Source of the DNA: Nitrospira sp.
Lineage (GTDB): Bacteria; Nitrospirota; Nitrospiria; Nitrospirales; Nitrospiraceae
Assembly (NCBI GenBank): GCA_047150005.1
Contig: AP038806.1
Coordinates: 2,272,001 to 2,336,000, forward strand
DNA length: 64,000 bases
Reading direction: 5' to 3'
Part shown: in pieces, positions 10,384-18,639 of the stretch
Numbering within the stretch: the first letter of the stretch is position 1
Layout: the number at the start of each line of letters is the position of its first letter
Position numbers and translations under genes: made by a program
The notes under the pieces: model-generated
What the model saw: the letters and a program-made list of their open reading frames with translations, nothing else
Told to the model about the DNA's origin: nothing
The model's database searches: none

Positions 10384-10788
10384 TCAAGGATAGCGGGCTT
10401 CGATGACGCTCCGCAGCCCTCCGCGCGCGGTAAAGGTGCCGGTCACCTTCGCCCATACGGGCCGGCAGGCCCTTGTGACGTCCTGGAGCACGCGGTTGAC
10501 GGCGTTTTCATAGAAGATTCCGAGGTTGCGATAGGCGTGAATGTACATCTTCAGGGACTTGAGCTCCAGACATTCTTTGTCCGGCATGTAGTGTATTGTG
10601 ATCGTACCGAAATCCGGCAGCTCCGTTTTGGGACAAATTGCCGTGTACTCGGGAATCTCGATCGTGATCTCGTATCCCTTATACTGGTTGGGAAACGTTT
10701 CGATATCCGGCAAGGGGGCTGTGATACCGCTTCTGGCGTGCCGATCGTTGTAACCCAGGCGCGTGGTCTTGGTTGCTCTCTTACGCAC
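10384..10788 (-). CDS. queF: NADPH-dependent preQ0 reductase (unimodular)
   Basis: CPKTELPDFG catalytic Cys, ELKSLKMY QueF motif, ARGG. Confidence 0.95.
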   Translation of the reverse strand: MRKRATKTTRLGYNDRHARSGITAPLPDIETFPNQYKGYEITIEIPEYTAICPKTELPDFGTITIHYMPDKECLELKSLKMYIHAYRNLGIFYENAVNRVLQDVTRACRPVWAKVTGTFTARGGLRSVIEARYP

Positions 10789-10831
10789 TCTTTCCCCTTC
10801 CCGGCTTTTGTCGTGTATCTAGCAACATCGC

Positions 10832-10910
10832 TCGCATCTCGTGAAGCATATCTCGTGTCGGCTCTCGGCGGACGCTTCACGCTTCACAAGGACCGCTTCA
10901 CGGTCTTCAC
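10832..10910. repeat. heptamer-period palindromic repeat (TCGTGAA/ACGCTTC class)
   Basis: tcgcatc-tcgtgaa-gcatatc-tcgtgtc ... acgcttc-acgcttc ... ccgcttc-acggtct. Confidence 0.7.
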
Positions 10911-11155
10911 AGCTGTTTCATCCACTCGGTTTGGCCGATCTTTTCCAGTTCGATAAACAACGAAACCCAGGGGCATTTCATGTCGGGATACACCTCGCAG
11001 AGACCGCCTTTGCGTACGCCACCGCAGGGACCATGACTCATGAATTTTGGACACTCGGCCTTGAGTGAATTATCGGGAATGGGTGGGCGTTTATGGACTC
11101 CTCCCACATGCTGGGCTCCCTCATCCTCTCCGGGGATCATGACGCGCTTGTTCAT
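10907..11155 (-). CDS. small MTHFR C-terminal-domain (MetV-like) Cys protein
   Basis: CPKFMSHGPCGGVRKGGLCEVYPDMKCPW; ATG at 11155 with AGGA RBS. Confidence 0.82.
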   Translation of the reverse strand: MNKRVMIPGEDEGAQHVGGVHKRPPIPDNSLKAECPKFMSHGPCGGVRKGGLCEVYPDMKCPWVSLFIELEKIGQTEWMKQL

Positions 11156-11407
11156 TATGTTCCTAGTGTAGACAGATTCCACCGAATCGGCAATGTCTGG
11201 TTATGGTTGGAGCCAGATAGAACATACTGGCGCGTGCCGCGGTTTTCCGCAAGCGGAGAATGGGGTTAGGGCGAATGGCCTATCGAAAGATCTGTTGCTA
11301 GGCCTTCTTTCGGCAATGGTGGGCCTTCTGAGAAGTTGCGTTGATTATCAGGAAGTTATAGACTTTGAACCAATGGCGCCCGTTCAGTATGGAAGTCACA
11401 TTAGCCG

Positions 11408-11437
11408 TTGACAGTCTTTTTTCGGCTTTGCTACGAT
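11408..11437 (+). promoter_or_regulatory. putative sigma70 promoter of oxidoreductase operon
   Basis: TTGACA-18 nt-TACGAT with TGn extension in AT-richer intergenic region. Confidence 0.6.
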
Positions 11438-11572
11438 GATCGGACTCTTGAAAGTCTGTGGAAGTATCAACGCGGTTCTTCCAGCCTCGATTTCCTGCAG
11501 GTTTGTTGCGCACAATCATAGCTGTTCACCGGCCGGTCGATTGCCGGTGTCACGAGAGAGGGAGGTGTCCCG

Positions 11573-12475
11573 ATGAGTCTTGATTATGTGAAGTTCTCCA
11601 ATGGGTTTGAAAAGTTCATGCCGAAAGAATATCGGGACATGGTCGAGCACGGTCCCTTCGGAAAGAAGATCTCCGTCTCTCAGATGGGGAGCTTCAAAGA
11701 AGTCCTCGAAGAACATCCGATGTGCGCAGGTTGCGCAATGACCCTCTTCATCCGTCTCGCCATGATCGCATTCCCCAATCCCGAGGACACCATTACGGTC
11801 GGCACCGCCGGTTGCGGTCGTCTGGCTATTTCCCAGGCCGCCATCCCCTTCGTCTACGGCAATTACGGTGATCAGAATGGCGTCGCGAGCGGTTTGTCCC
11901 GTGGGCTCCGTCTCCGGTTCGGTGACAAACCCAAGGATGTGGTGGTGATGGCCGGTGACGGCGGTACAGCCGACATCGGGTTCCAGCAGGTTCTCCATTC
12001 CTGGTTCCGAAAGGAGCGGTTCACGACGATCATGTTGGACAATGAAGTCTACGGCAACACCGGCGGTCAGGAGAGCGGTATGACCAACCGCGGCGCCGTG
12101 TTGAAGATGGCTCCGCTCGGCAAGAAGTTCGAAAAGATGGACATGGTGCAGATGGCCAAGGTCGCCGGGTGCGCTTATGTCGCGACGGTGGTGCCGAACA
12201 ATCCGCGCCGCGTCGAAAGCGTCATCAAGAAAGCCGTGCTGATTGCTCGCGAAGTAGGATCGACCTATATCCAAGCCTACACGTCCTGCAACATCGAATA
12301 TGCGATTCCTACCGACAAGGTCATGGAGGACGCGAAGACGGTTGAAAACGATCGGTATGCATTTTCGGAGTACATCAGCGACGAAGCCAAACAGTATTTG
12401 ACCGAGCGCTATGGCTACAAGGAGTTTCTCCCTAAGCCGGCTGCTCCTGCCGGGGCGATTCCGGGCAAGGCCTAA
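11573..12475 (+). CDS. forB: 2-oxoacid (probably 2-oxoglutarate):ferredoxin oxidoreductase beta subunit
   Basis: HPMCAGC, TPP motif GDGGTADIG...DNEVYGNTGGQ; OGOR versus POR inferred from rTCA context. Confidence 0.85.
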   Translation: MSLDYVKFSNGFEKFMPKEYRDMVEHGPFGKKISVSQMGSFKEVLEEHPMCAGCAMTLFIRLAMIAFPNPEDTITVGTAGCGRLAISQAAIPFVYGNYGDQNGVASGLSRGLRLRFGDKPKDVVVMAGDGGTADIGFQQVLHSWFRKERFTTIMLDNEVYGNTGGQESGMTNRGAVLKMAPLGKKFEKMDMVQMAKVAGCAYVATVVPNNPRRVESVIKKAVLIAREVGSTYIQAYTSCNIEYAIPTDKVMEDAKTVENDRYAFSEYISDEAKQYLTERYGYKEFLPKPAAPAGAIPGKA

Positions 12476-12499
12476 CACCCAGAGAAGGGAGACCGGACC

Positions 12500-13216
12500 A
12501 TGGCAAAACGATTCAACATTCGGATGGCGGGCGTCGGAGGCCAAGGAGTCGTGACGGGCTCTCATATCTTGAGTACGGCCGTCATCAATGCCGGAGGAGA
12601 AAGCACGATCGTTCCGTTTTACGGATCGGAAAAGCGGATGGCGCCGGTCGAAAGCTACGTTCGAGTGTCGGATGAAGCCATCTATGAAATCGGCGAGATC
12701 ACGTTCCCGCACATCATCATCATTTTCCATCCGCAGGTGATTACCCACGGCAAGTCCTACACAATGCCGTTCTATTTTGGGTTGAAGGAAGACGGAATCG
12801 CGTTGATCAACAATGACGGGCCGATGAAACTCCACAAGGATCAGGCTCGGGAGTTGGAAGAGCGCCGCGCGAAGCTCTACTACTTCCCTGCGACGAAGAC
12901 CTCGTTGGAGGTCGCCGGTATGGATCTGGCGACGAACATGGCGCTGATGGGTTGCATCGGGGCGATTACCGGGCTCACCAACATGGCGGGTCTTGAGCAG
13001 GCCGTGAAGGATCGCTTCCTGGGTAAAGGTTTTGTGGTGTCGGGAGGAACGGCTGCGTTGGACAGTGTCGTGGAGCGAAAATTCAAGAAGAAGCAGGAGT
13101 TAATCGAAAAGAACGTTGCAGTCATGCGGGCGGGATGGAATTATGCCGTCGATCACGGTTGGGCCGCTCCAGCAATCAAGCGTGCGGAAGAACAGGTCGC
13201 GGCTGCCAACGCCTAA
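12500..13216 (+). CDS. forC: 2-oxoacid:ferredoxin oxidoreductase gamma subunit
   Basis: IRMAGVGGQGVVT, YGSEKRMAPV, NMALMG. Confidence 0.85.
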   Translation: MAKRFNIRMAGVGGQGVVTGSHILSTAVINAGGESTIVPFYGSEKRMAPVESYVRVSDEAIYEIGEITFPHIIIIFHPQVITHGKSYTMPFYFGLKEDGIALINNDGPMKLHKDQARELEERRAKLYYFPATKTSLEVAGMDLATNMALMGCIGAITGLTNMAGLEQAVKDRFLGKGFVVSGGTAALDSVVERKFKKKQELIEKNVAVMRAGWNYAVDHGWAAPAIKRAEEQVAAANA

Positions 13217-13225
13217 AGGAGCACC

Positions 13226-13549
13226 ATGTATCTTGTAGCCGATATTAGCGTCGAGATTTGTGCCGCGAAGAGCTGCAAGCTGTGCACACAGTATTGCCCG
13301 GAAGCCAACACGATTCTGTACAGCGATGAGATGGGCAAGGACAAGGGTTTCAAGTACGGATCGGCCTATGTGGCAGTGGACCGGTGCAAGGGCTGCGCGC
13401 AATGCGTATGGGTCTGCGACAATATGGCGAAGAACAACGCTATCAAGATGATCATGATCGACCAATTGCCGAAAGCCGCCTTGACCGACAACATCACCTA
13501 CGGTGAAAAGAGCACCACCGCGGTCTTGGCGAGCCCCGTAGTCGGGTAA
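13226..13549 (+). CDS. forE: 2-oxoacid:ferredoxin oxidoreductase epsilon (ferredoxin-like) subunit
   Basis: CAAKSCKLCTQYCP and CKGCAQCVWVC Fe-S motifs within operon. Confidence 0.82.
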   Translation: MYLVADISVEICAAKSCKLCTQYCPEANTILYSDEMGKDKGFKYGSAYVAVDRCKGCAQCVWVCDNMAKNNAIKMIMIDQLPKAALTDNITYGEKSTTAVLASPVVG

Positions 13550-13565
13550 GCACCAGAAAGGGGAG

Positions 13566-14336
13566 TTGGGCGTGGCAACGACACCAGACACGAGAGAAAA
13601 GATCATTGTTCCGGGTCCGGCCGGGTTTCATCCTCCTTCTGCGGCGCAGCTGGGCGTGGCGCTGCCTGATCCCGGTCAGGGGCTCTATTACGGGCTGCTG
13701 GAGCCGAACGAGGAGAAGGTCATCGAAGAGATGGCGCGGAAGATGTTGACCAGCCCGAACGCCACGATCTTTCCCGGTCCTTTGCTGCTTTGGGCCTGGA
13801 ATGATCACGCAGTGGAAAAGGCCACGGCCACGTTGGAGATCGCCGCGCAGATTCCCGAAGTCATGATCATCCCGATGCCGGATTATCGCCCGAAGTATCC
13901 GAAAATCGATCCTGAAGAGGTCATTAACCCCAACCATCCCAACCTGACGATCTGGGGCAACAAAATCGAGGCATGTATTTTCATCGGCGTCCATTGCCAC
14001 TATGCGAATCTCACGCTCAAGATGATCCGGGCGGGGACCAATTGCTGCACCATGGCCATTTGTGCCGAGCAAGGCCACGAGGATGCCATGCTGACGATCC
14101 GCGACTCCGATACGGCGAAGATCAAGCGAGTCGCGCAAATTTTCAAAAAAGTCCGCGAAGAAATGGGCATCAAGCTGCCGGCAAGCGGAGAAAATGTCCG
14201 CTTTACGGGCACGCAATCGAAAGTGCACGGCGGAAAGACCCATACGAATCCGACGACCTTCGCTCCGTCACCAGACGGGACGGGCAGCGCTGCCATGTTC
14301 GGTCATTCCGCGGACCACATGAAGCGAGAAGGGTAG
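13566..14336 (+). CDS. forD: 2-oxoacid:ferredoxin oxidoreductase delta subunit
   Basis: Position in five-gene operon; PNATIFPGP, NPNHPNLTIW, GVHCHYAN motifs of Aquificota/Nitrospira-type delta subunits; start may be GTG 13572. Confidence 0.8.
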   Translation: MGVATTPDTREKIIVPGPAGFHPPSAAQLGVALPDPGQGLYYGLLEPNEEKVIEEMARKMLTSPNATIFPGPLLLWAWNDHAVEKATATLEIAAQIPEVMIIPMPDYRPKYPKIDPEEVINPNHPNLTIWGNKIEACIFIGVHCHYANLTLKMIRAGTNCCTMAICAEQGHEDAMLTIRDSDTAKIKRVAQIFKKVREEMGIKLPASGENVRFTGTQSKVHGGKTHTNPTTFAPSPDGTGSAAMFGHSADHMKREG

Positions 14337-14379
14337 CTGTAGCTGAGCGAATCGGCTCATCACTTAAAGAGGTGTGACC

Positions 14380-15723
14380 ATGAGTGAAGCGTTGGAAGCC
14401 CAGCAAAAGACCAACCCACAGGGTGATCCGATCACCAGCGTGGCGGCTCCGAAGTCCGACGGGAAGAAGGACCCTCATGCCGAAGCGAAGCGGCAGAAGG
14501 TCGTGACGCCGGAATACATGTTTCACGAGGCCCCGAGGACCAAGGAATTTATTACCGGAAGCGAAGCGGCCAAGGAGGCGATCCGCCGTTCGAATGTCGA
14601 TCTGGCCATTGCCTATCCGATCACCCCGCAGAGCGAAACGATGCAGCTGGTCGGGGTGCTCTACGGCGAAGGATACGTCAAGGAATACTATCGCGGCGAA
14701 GAGGAAGTCGGTGTGATGGCCGCGATTGCGGGTGGATCGCGATCGGGTGTCCGGTGCTACACCGCCACCGCAGGCCCCGGCACCTTGCGCGGCCTCGAAG
14801 GCATCGCATCCTGGCCGGGCCACCGGCTCCCGGTGGTCGCCATGTTCACGTGCCGTGTCGTCAACGCTCCGTTGGCTATTCAGCCGGACAACATCGAGGT
14901 GTCCTACTTGCTGAATTGCGGCATGATCGTCTTTCATGCCGAGAACCAGCAGGACATGTTCGACTTTACTATGGCCGGGTTCACCATCAGCGAAAAGAAC
15001 GATGTGACGCTGCCGGTCGGCGTGTGCTGCGACGGCTTTTTCGTCACACACGCCCGTGGGTACGTGCGCATGCAGGACCGAGGGATCAAGCTTCCGCCTC
15101 GCGAAGCCTGGCGCGGTGCCGTACCTGTGCTTGATGCGGAGAATCCTCCCGCGCGCCTGTCCCGCGATGCCCCGGTTCAGAAGTCGAATTTCATGGCCTA
15201 CAACATCCACGCCGTATGGCAGCAGGAAGTCTGGGCGGCAGTGGAACGTTCGCGTAAGTACATCAACAAGTATATGGGGGGATTGCTGAGCGCCGAGAAC
15301 GTGGATGGTGCCGATGCGATCATCATCGCCTCGGGCAGTGCTGCGGCTCAGTCTCGTGAGGCGGTGCGCCTCTGCAAAGAAAAAGGTTTGAACGTTGGGC
15401 TCATCAAAGTCCGCTCGCTCCGGCCGTTCCCGACGAAGGAACTCCGGGAGCTCTGCGGAAAAGCCAAGCTGATCGTCGTGCCGGAATTCAACTACGTCGG
15501 CTGGTTGGCGAAAGAAGTCGCGACCGCGATCTATGGATTCTCCAAGGCGAAGATCATCGGTGGCCCGCGCGTATACGGTGGTCAGTCGATGCCGGTGGAG
15601 TTGATCGTGGACGAAGTCGAGTCTGGCCTGACCGGCAAGAAATCCACCAACGTGGCGATGTCGCAGATCATGGGTGGCGCCGTCAGTCCCGACGAAGTTG
15701 CCCACTTCATGCGCAGCATCTGA
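14380..15723 (+). CDS. forA: 2-oxoacid:ferredoxin oxidoreductase alpha subunit
   Basis: AYPITPQSE, TATAGPG, RSLRPFP. Confidence 0.87.
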   Translation: MSEALEAQQKTNPQGDPITSVAAPKSDGKKDPHAEAKRQKVVTPEYMFHEAPRTKEFITGSEAAKEAIRRSNVDLAIAYPITPQSETMQLVGVLYGEGYVKEYYRGEEEVGVMAAIAGGSRSGVRCYTATAGPGTLRGLEGIASWPGHRLPVVAMFTCRVVNAPLAIQPDNIEVSYLLNCGMIVFHAENQQDMFDFTMAGFTISEKNDVTLPVGVCCDGFFVTHARGYVRMQDRGIKLPPREAWRGAVPVLDAENPPARLSRDAPVQKSNFMAYNIHAVWQQEVWAAVERSRKYINKYMGGLLSAENVDGADAIIIASGSAAAQSREAVRLCKEKGLNVGLIKVRSLRPFPTKELRELCGKAKLIVVPEFNYVGWLAKEVATAIYGFSKAKIIGGPRVYGGQSMPVELIVDEVESGLTGKKSTNVAMSQIMGGAVSPDEVAHFMRSI

Positions 15724-15746
15724 CGGCGCACGGTCTGGTGAAACGT

Positions 15747-15780
15747 AAAGAGCCTGTCCGGGTTCCGGACAGGCTCTTTT
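15747..15780 (+). terminator. rho-independent terminator
   Basis: aaagagcctgtccgg-gtt-ccggacaggctcttt perfect 15-bp inverted repeat followed by T. Confidence 0.9.
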
Positions 15781-15803
15781 AATTTCTCCGCGCGCCGAGT
15801 TCC

Positions 15804-15860
15804 TCGTCATTCGTGAAGCGTATCTCGTACGAACCACGCTTCACGAGATACGAGCGACGA
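15804..15860. repeat. heptamer-period palindromic repeat (TCGTGAA/ACGCTTC class)
   Basis: tcgtgaagcgt/acgcttcacga and cgtatctcgt/acgagatacg inverted pairs. Confidence 0.75.
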
Positions 15861-15862
15861 AT

Positions 15863-16111
15863 CTACCCTTGGATCTCGTCCTCCACCATCTCCTCGCTAG
15901 AGGGCATTCCATAGGCGACGTATTTCGCATACGACAAATAGATCATGGCGCTGTCACGCATTGCTTTGGATCCTTGCGTCATGCGAACCACCTTATCGGA
16001 ACCGGGCGGTTCTATGTTTTGCAGCATCAGAGCATGGTCCTGCAGTAACTTGGTATACCGTTCGACCGCCAGTTCTACCTCTTTATAAGCCTTGAGGATT
16101 TCGTCAGTCAT
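15863..16111 (-). CDS. small helical hypothetical protein (82 aa)
   Basis: ATG at 16111 with GGGAGG RBS; protein-like composition. Confidence 0.7.
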   Translation of the reverse strand: MTDEILKAYKEVELAVERYTKLLQDHALMLQNIEPPGSDKVVRMTQGSKAMRDSAMIYLSYAKYVAYGMPSSEEMVEDEIQG

Positions 16112-16148
16112 AGTTGTCCTCCCTCGCGCCCTGAGCATACACTAGGCC

Positions 16149-17318
16149 ATGCGACCCCTCAACCCCGCCATCGTGTCTCCGCTGCTGCTGAATACCATCG
16201 GCCAACTGGCTGAGAAAGAAGGCATTTCAGATGAGAGGCTTGTGCGGGCTGTCGCCCAGCTATCCCACCTCTTCACCAAAGAACGAACGTCGCTGAACCG
16301 GCCCTACCTCGAAGATCCGGTCTTGGCCTCGGCTTATCTTCAGTATTTCCTGCCGGTGAATCTCTCCAAGATTCAAGTGCTGCTCGATGAGATGCCGGCT
16401 CTCGAATCGACCGAACGATGTTCCGTGCTGGATCTCGGCTCCGGTCCTGGCACCGGAGCTCTCGCCGTCCTCGACTGGTGGCATGAGCGAAGGTTGACCG
16501 GCGCCGTATCAGTCGTTGCAGTAGACAGCTCTTCCGCAGCACACCGACAAGCGGAGCAACTCTGGGTCCACTACTGCCGCGTCGCGGGCATCGTGGAAGT
16601 GAAGCTTCAGATTTGCGAAGGTGATATTGAAAGGAGTGTCTGGCTCGAGCAGGTTAGGCCAAGCGCTCCATTCGACCTCATCATCCTTGCCAATTGCCTG
16701 AATGAGATCCATGCAGACGCCAAAGATCGAATCGCCGCGCGAGCCAGACTAGTGACAGAATTACTGGCGCTGCTTGCGCCACATGGCACCATGATGATCG
16801 TCGAGCCGGCTCTGCGGGAAACCTCGCGCGCACTGCATCAGGTGCGCGATCGGTTGCTGCAGGAGAAGCGGTGCACCGTCTACAGCCCTTGCCTCCATGA
16901 GAACAGCTGTCCCGCCTTGGTGAACCCGGACAATTGGTGCCACGAGGAGCGGGCCTGGAACCCACCGGCGTCGATCCAAGAAATCGACGAGGAGGTCGGC
17001 TTCATCAAAGATGCGCTGAAGTTTTCCTATCTGTTGCTGAGAACGGATGGACGTACGATTACGCCACGCGCGCCCCAGACGTTTCGAATCGTCAGCGAAC
17101 TGCGTGAACTCAAGGGGGACACCAGAGCCTGGGTCTGTAATGAACTGGGTCGTTTGGAAATCGGTCGGCTCGATCGGGCAGAATCAGAGACCAACAGGGC
17201 ATGGAGTGAGTGCCAGCGCGGCACGATCGTGCAGATCAAGGGCCTGAAGCGAAAAGACGGGGCGACGTTGGCAAGAATTCCTGCTGATGGAACAGTGGAA
17301 ATTGTGAGGCCAGTCTAG
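16149..17318 (+). CDS. Rsm22/METTL17-like class I SAM-dependent methyltransferase
   Basis: AYLQYFLP, LDLGSGPGT motif I, IVEPA, SPCLHENSCPAL..WCH, KFSYL. Confidence 0.8.
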   Translation: MRPLNPAIVSPLLLNTIGQLAEKEGISDERLVRAVAQLSHLFTKERTSLNRPYLEDPVLASAYLQYFLPVNLSKIQVLLDEMPALESTERCSVLDLGSGPGTGALAVLDWWHERRLTGAVSVVAVDSSSAAHRQAEQLWVHYCRVAGIVEVKLQICEGDIERSVWLEQVRPSAPFDLIILANCLNEIHADAKDRIAARARLVTELLALLAPHGTMMIVEPALRETSRALHQVRDRLLQEKRCTVYSPCLHENSCPALVNPDNWCHEERAWNPPASIQEIDEEVGFIKDALKFSYLLLRTDGRTITPRAPQTFRIVSELRELKGDTRAWVCNELGRLEIGRLDRAESETNRAWSECQRGTIVQIKGLKRKDGATLARIPADGTVEIVRPV

Positions 17319-18151
17319 AACCTATCTCAAAATTGCTTTAGGAGCATGGTAATCGATGCGAGCTGCACAAACCCCAGGAAGTTTGAGGCGTAATATTCCC
17401 AACGTACGAGTAACCGCCGCTTCCATTGGAGCCACGCAAAGAACCGTTCGACGAGCCAGCGGCGTTGGTACCGGCGCAAGTGGCGCCCGTCCTGGGTCTT
17501 GAGTTTGCGGGTGGACCGGTGCGGCGCGATCAGGTTCACGCCGCCTTGCTTGAGGTCGTCATCGAGCCCATCGCTGTCATAGGCCCGATCGCCGATGAGA
17601 TGCTCGGGCTTGGCCTCCAGCATGTAGAAGTCGAAACTGAGTTGGACCAATGTGACCTCATGATGATTGGCCGCGTGCGTACTGACCGAGAGCGGCAACC
17701 CATGACGATCCACAATCGCCAGGATCTTCACGCCTTTGCCGCGTTTCGTGAGCCCCACCGCGTCGCCCCCGCCCTTGGCGGCCGCGAACGTCGCGTCGAT
17801 GAAACTCTCGCGCTCGTCGATGGCGCCCTCGTCGCGCAGCGTATTCGCCAACTGCGTGAGAATCTCGCGCAGCACCTCGCGTTCGCACCACTGCTGAAAT
17901 CGGCGATGAACCGTTTTGTAGTTGGGATAGCACTGCGGCAGCATGTGCCACTGCGCCCCGGTGTTCAGAATCCACAGCACGGCCTCCAAGACCGCGCGGG
18001 CGGGCACGGGTTTGCGGCCGGGCCGGCCTTCGGGAATGTGTTCCTCGGGAAAATGTTCCCGAATCCGCTCCCATTGGTCGTCGCGCAGGCGCAACATGCG
18101 GGCGCATTATAGGCACTTTTCTGATGAGCACAACCATTTTGAGATAGGTTC
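17318..18151 (-). mobile_element. IS5-family insertion sequence (IS427-like), 834 bp
   Basis: Perfect 16-bp terminal IRs gaacctatctcaaaat/attttgagataggttc, flanked by TA duplication within CTAG at both ends. Confidence 0.92.
17327..18097 (-). CDS. IS5-family DDE transposase
   Basis: WILNTGAQWHMLP...TVHRRFQQW, IDAT, GDRAYDS, RWLVERFFAWL. Confidence 0.95.
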   Translation of the reverse strand: MLRLRDDQWERIREHFPEEHIPEGRPGRKPVPARAVLEAVLWILNTGAQWHMLPQCYPNYKTVHRRFQQWCEREVLREILTQLANTLRDEGAIDERESFIDATFAAAKGGGDAVGLTKRGKGVKILAIVDRHGLPLSVSTHAANHHEVTLVQLSFDFYMLEAKPEHLIGDRAYDSDGLDDDLKQGGVNLIAPHRSTRKLKTQDGRHLRRYQRRWLVERFFAWLQWKRRLLVRWEYYASNFLGFVQLASITMLLKQF

Positions 18152-18159
18152 TAGTAACC

Positions 18160-18440
18160 CGAAGGGCAGGCGGGGCGATCCCTTGTGCTCGCGCGACGCG
18201 CACGCAAGAAGCGGAGGAGGCGGCCTAGTTGTCCTCTTGCTCGCGGAATGCGGCACACCAGACCCATCGTATTGCTGAACTAGGGGAGGTGCTCGTTCAA
18301 CGCGCGCAGTCGAGGATCAACCAGGCCACCTCTTAGAGAACAGCCGAGCGAGCTTGGAAAGACCATTGTTGGCTGCATGCGCGCACGTTTGGGATCGTCC
18401 CCGCCTCCACCGCTTGAAGAAACAGTGGCGGGGCCAGACC
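18160..18440. repeat. composite GC-rich intergenic repeat (MITE-like)
   Basis: 18182-18209 matches 6757-6784 at 24/28 nt; recurring gctcgcg..cgcg units; boundaries approximate. Confidence 0.55.
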
Positions 18441-18639
18441 GCCAATGGATCTGGCCCTGCTCAGAGTTTCGTCTCAGTGCGGATCCGATCCAGCTGGTCA
18501 AGACGAAGAGAAGTGTAAGCAGGGGCAGTCGCCGATAGACTATTCCTGGTTGCTGACAGGATTCACAATGTTGAATCTCTTCAAGGTCTGATGAATGCAA
18601 CGCGCAGGAATCACTAGGCTAGACGAACAATAGGTCTCT

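Noticed and set aside
17426..18112. 228-aa plus-strand ORF within the IS
   Set aside because: Antisense shadow of the transposase with no independent evidence
18280..18600. 106-aa ORF (and 20069-20278) in repeat-rich spacers
   Set aside because: Largely translations of non-coding repeats, with no RBS or domain
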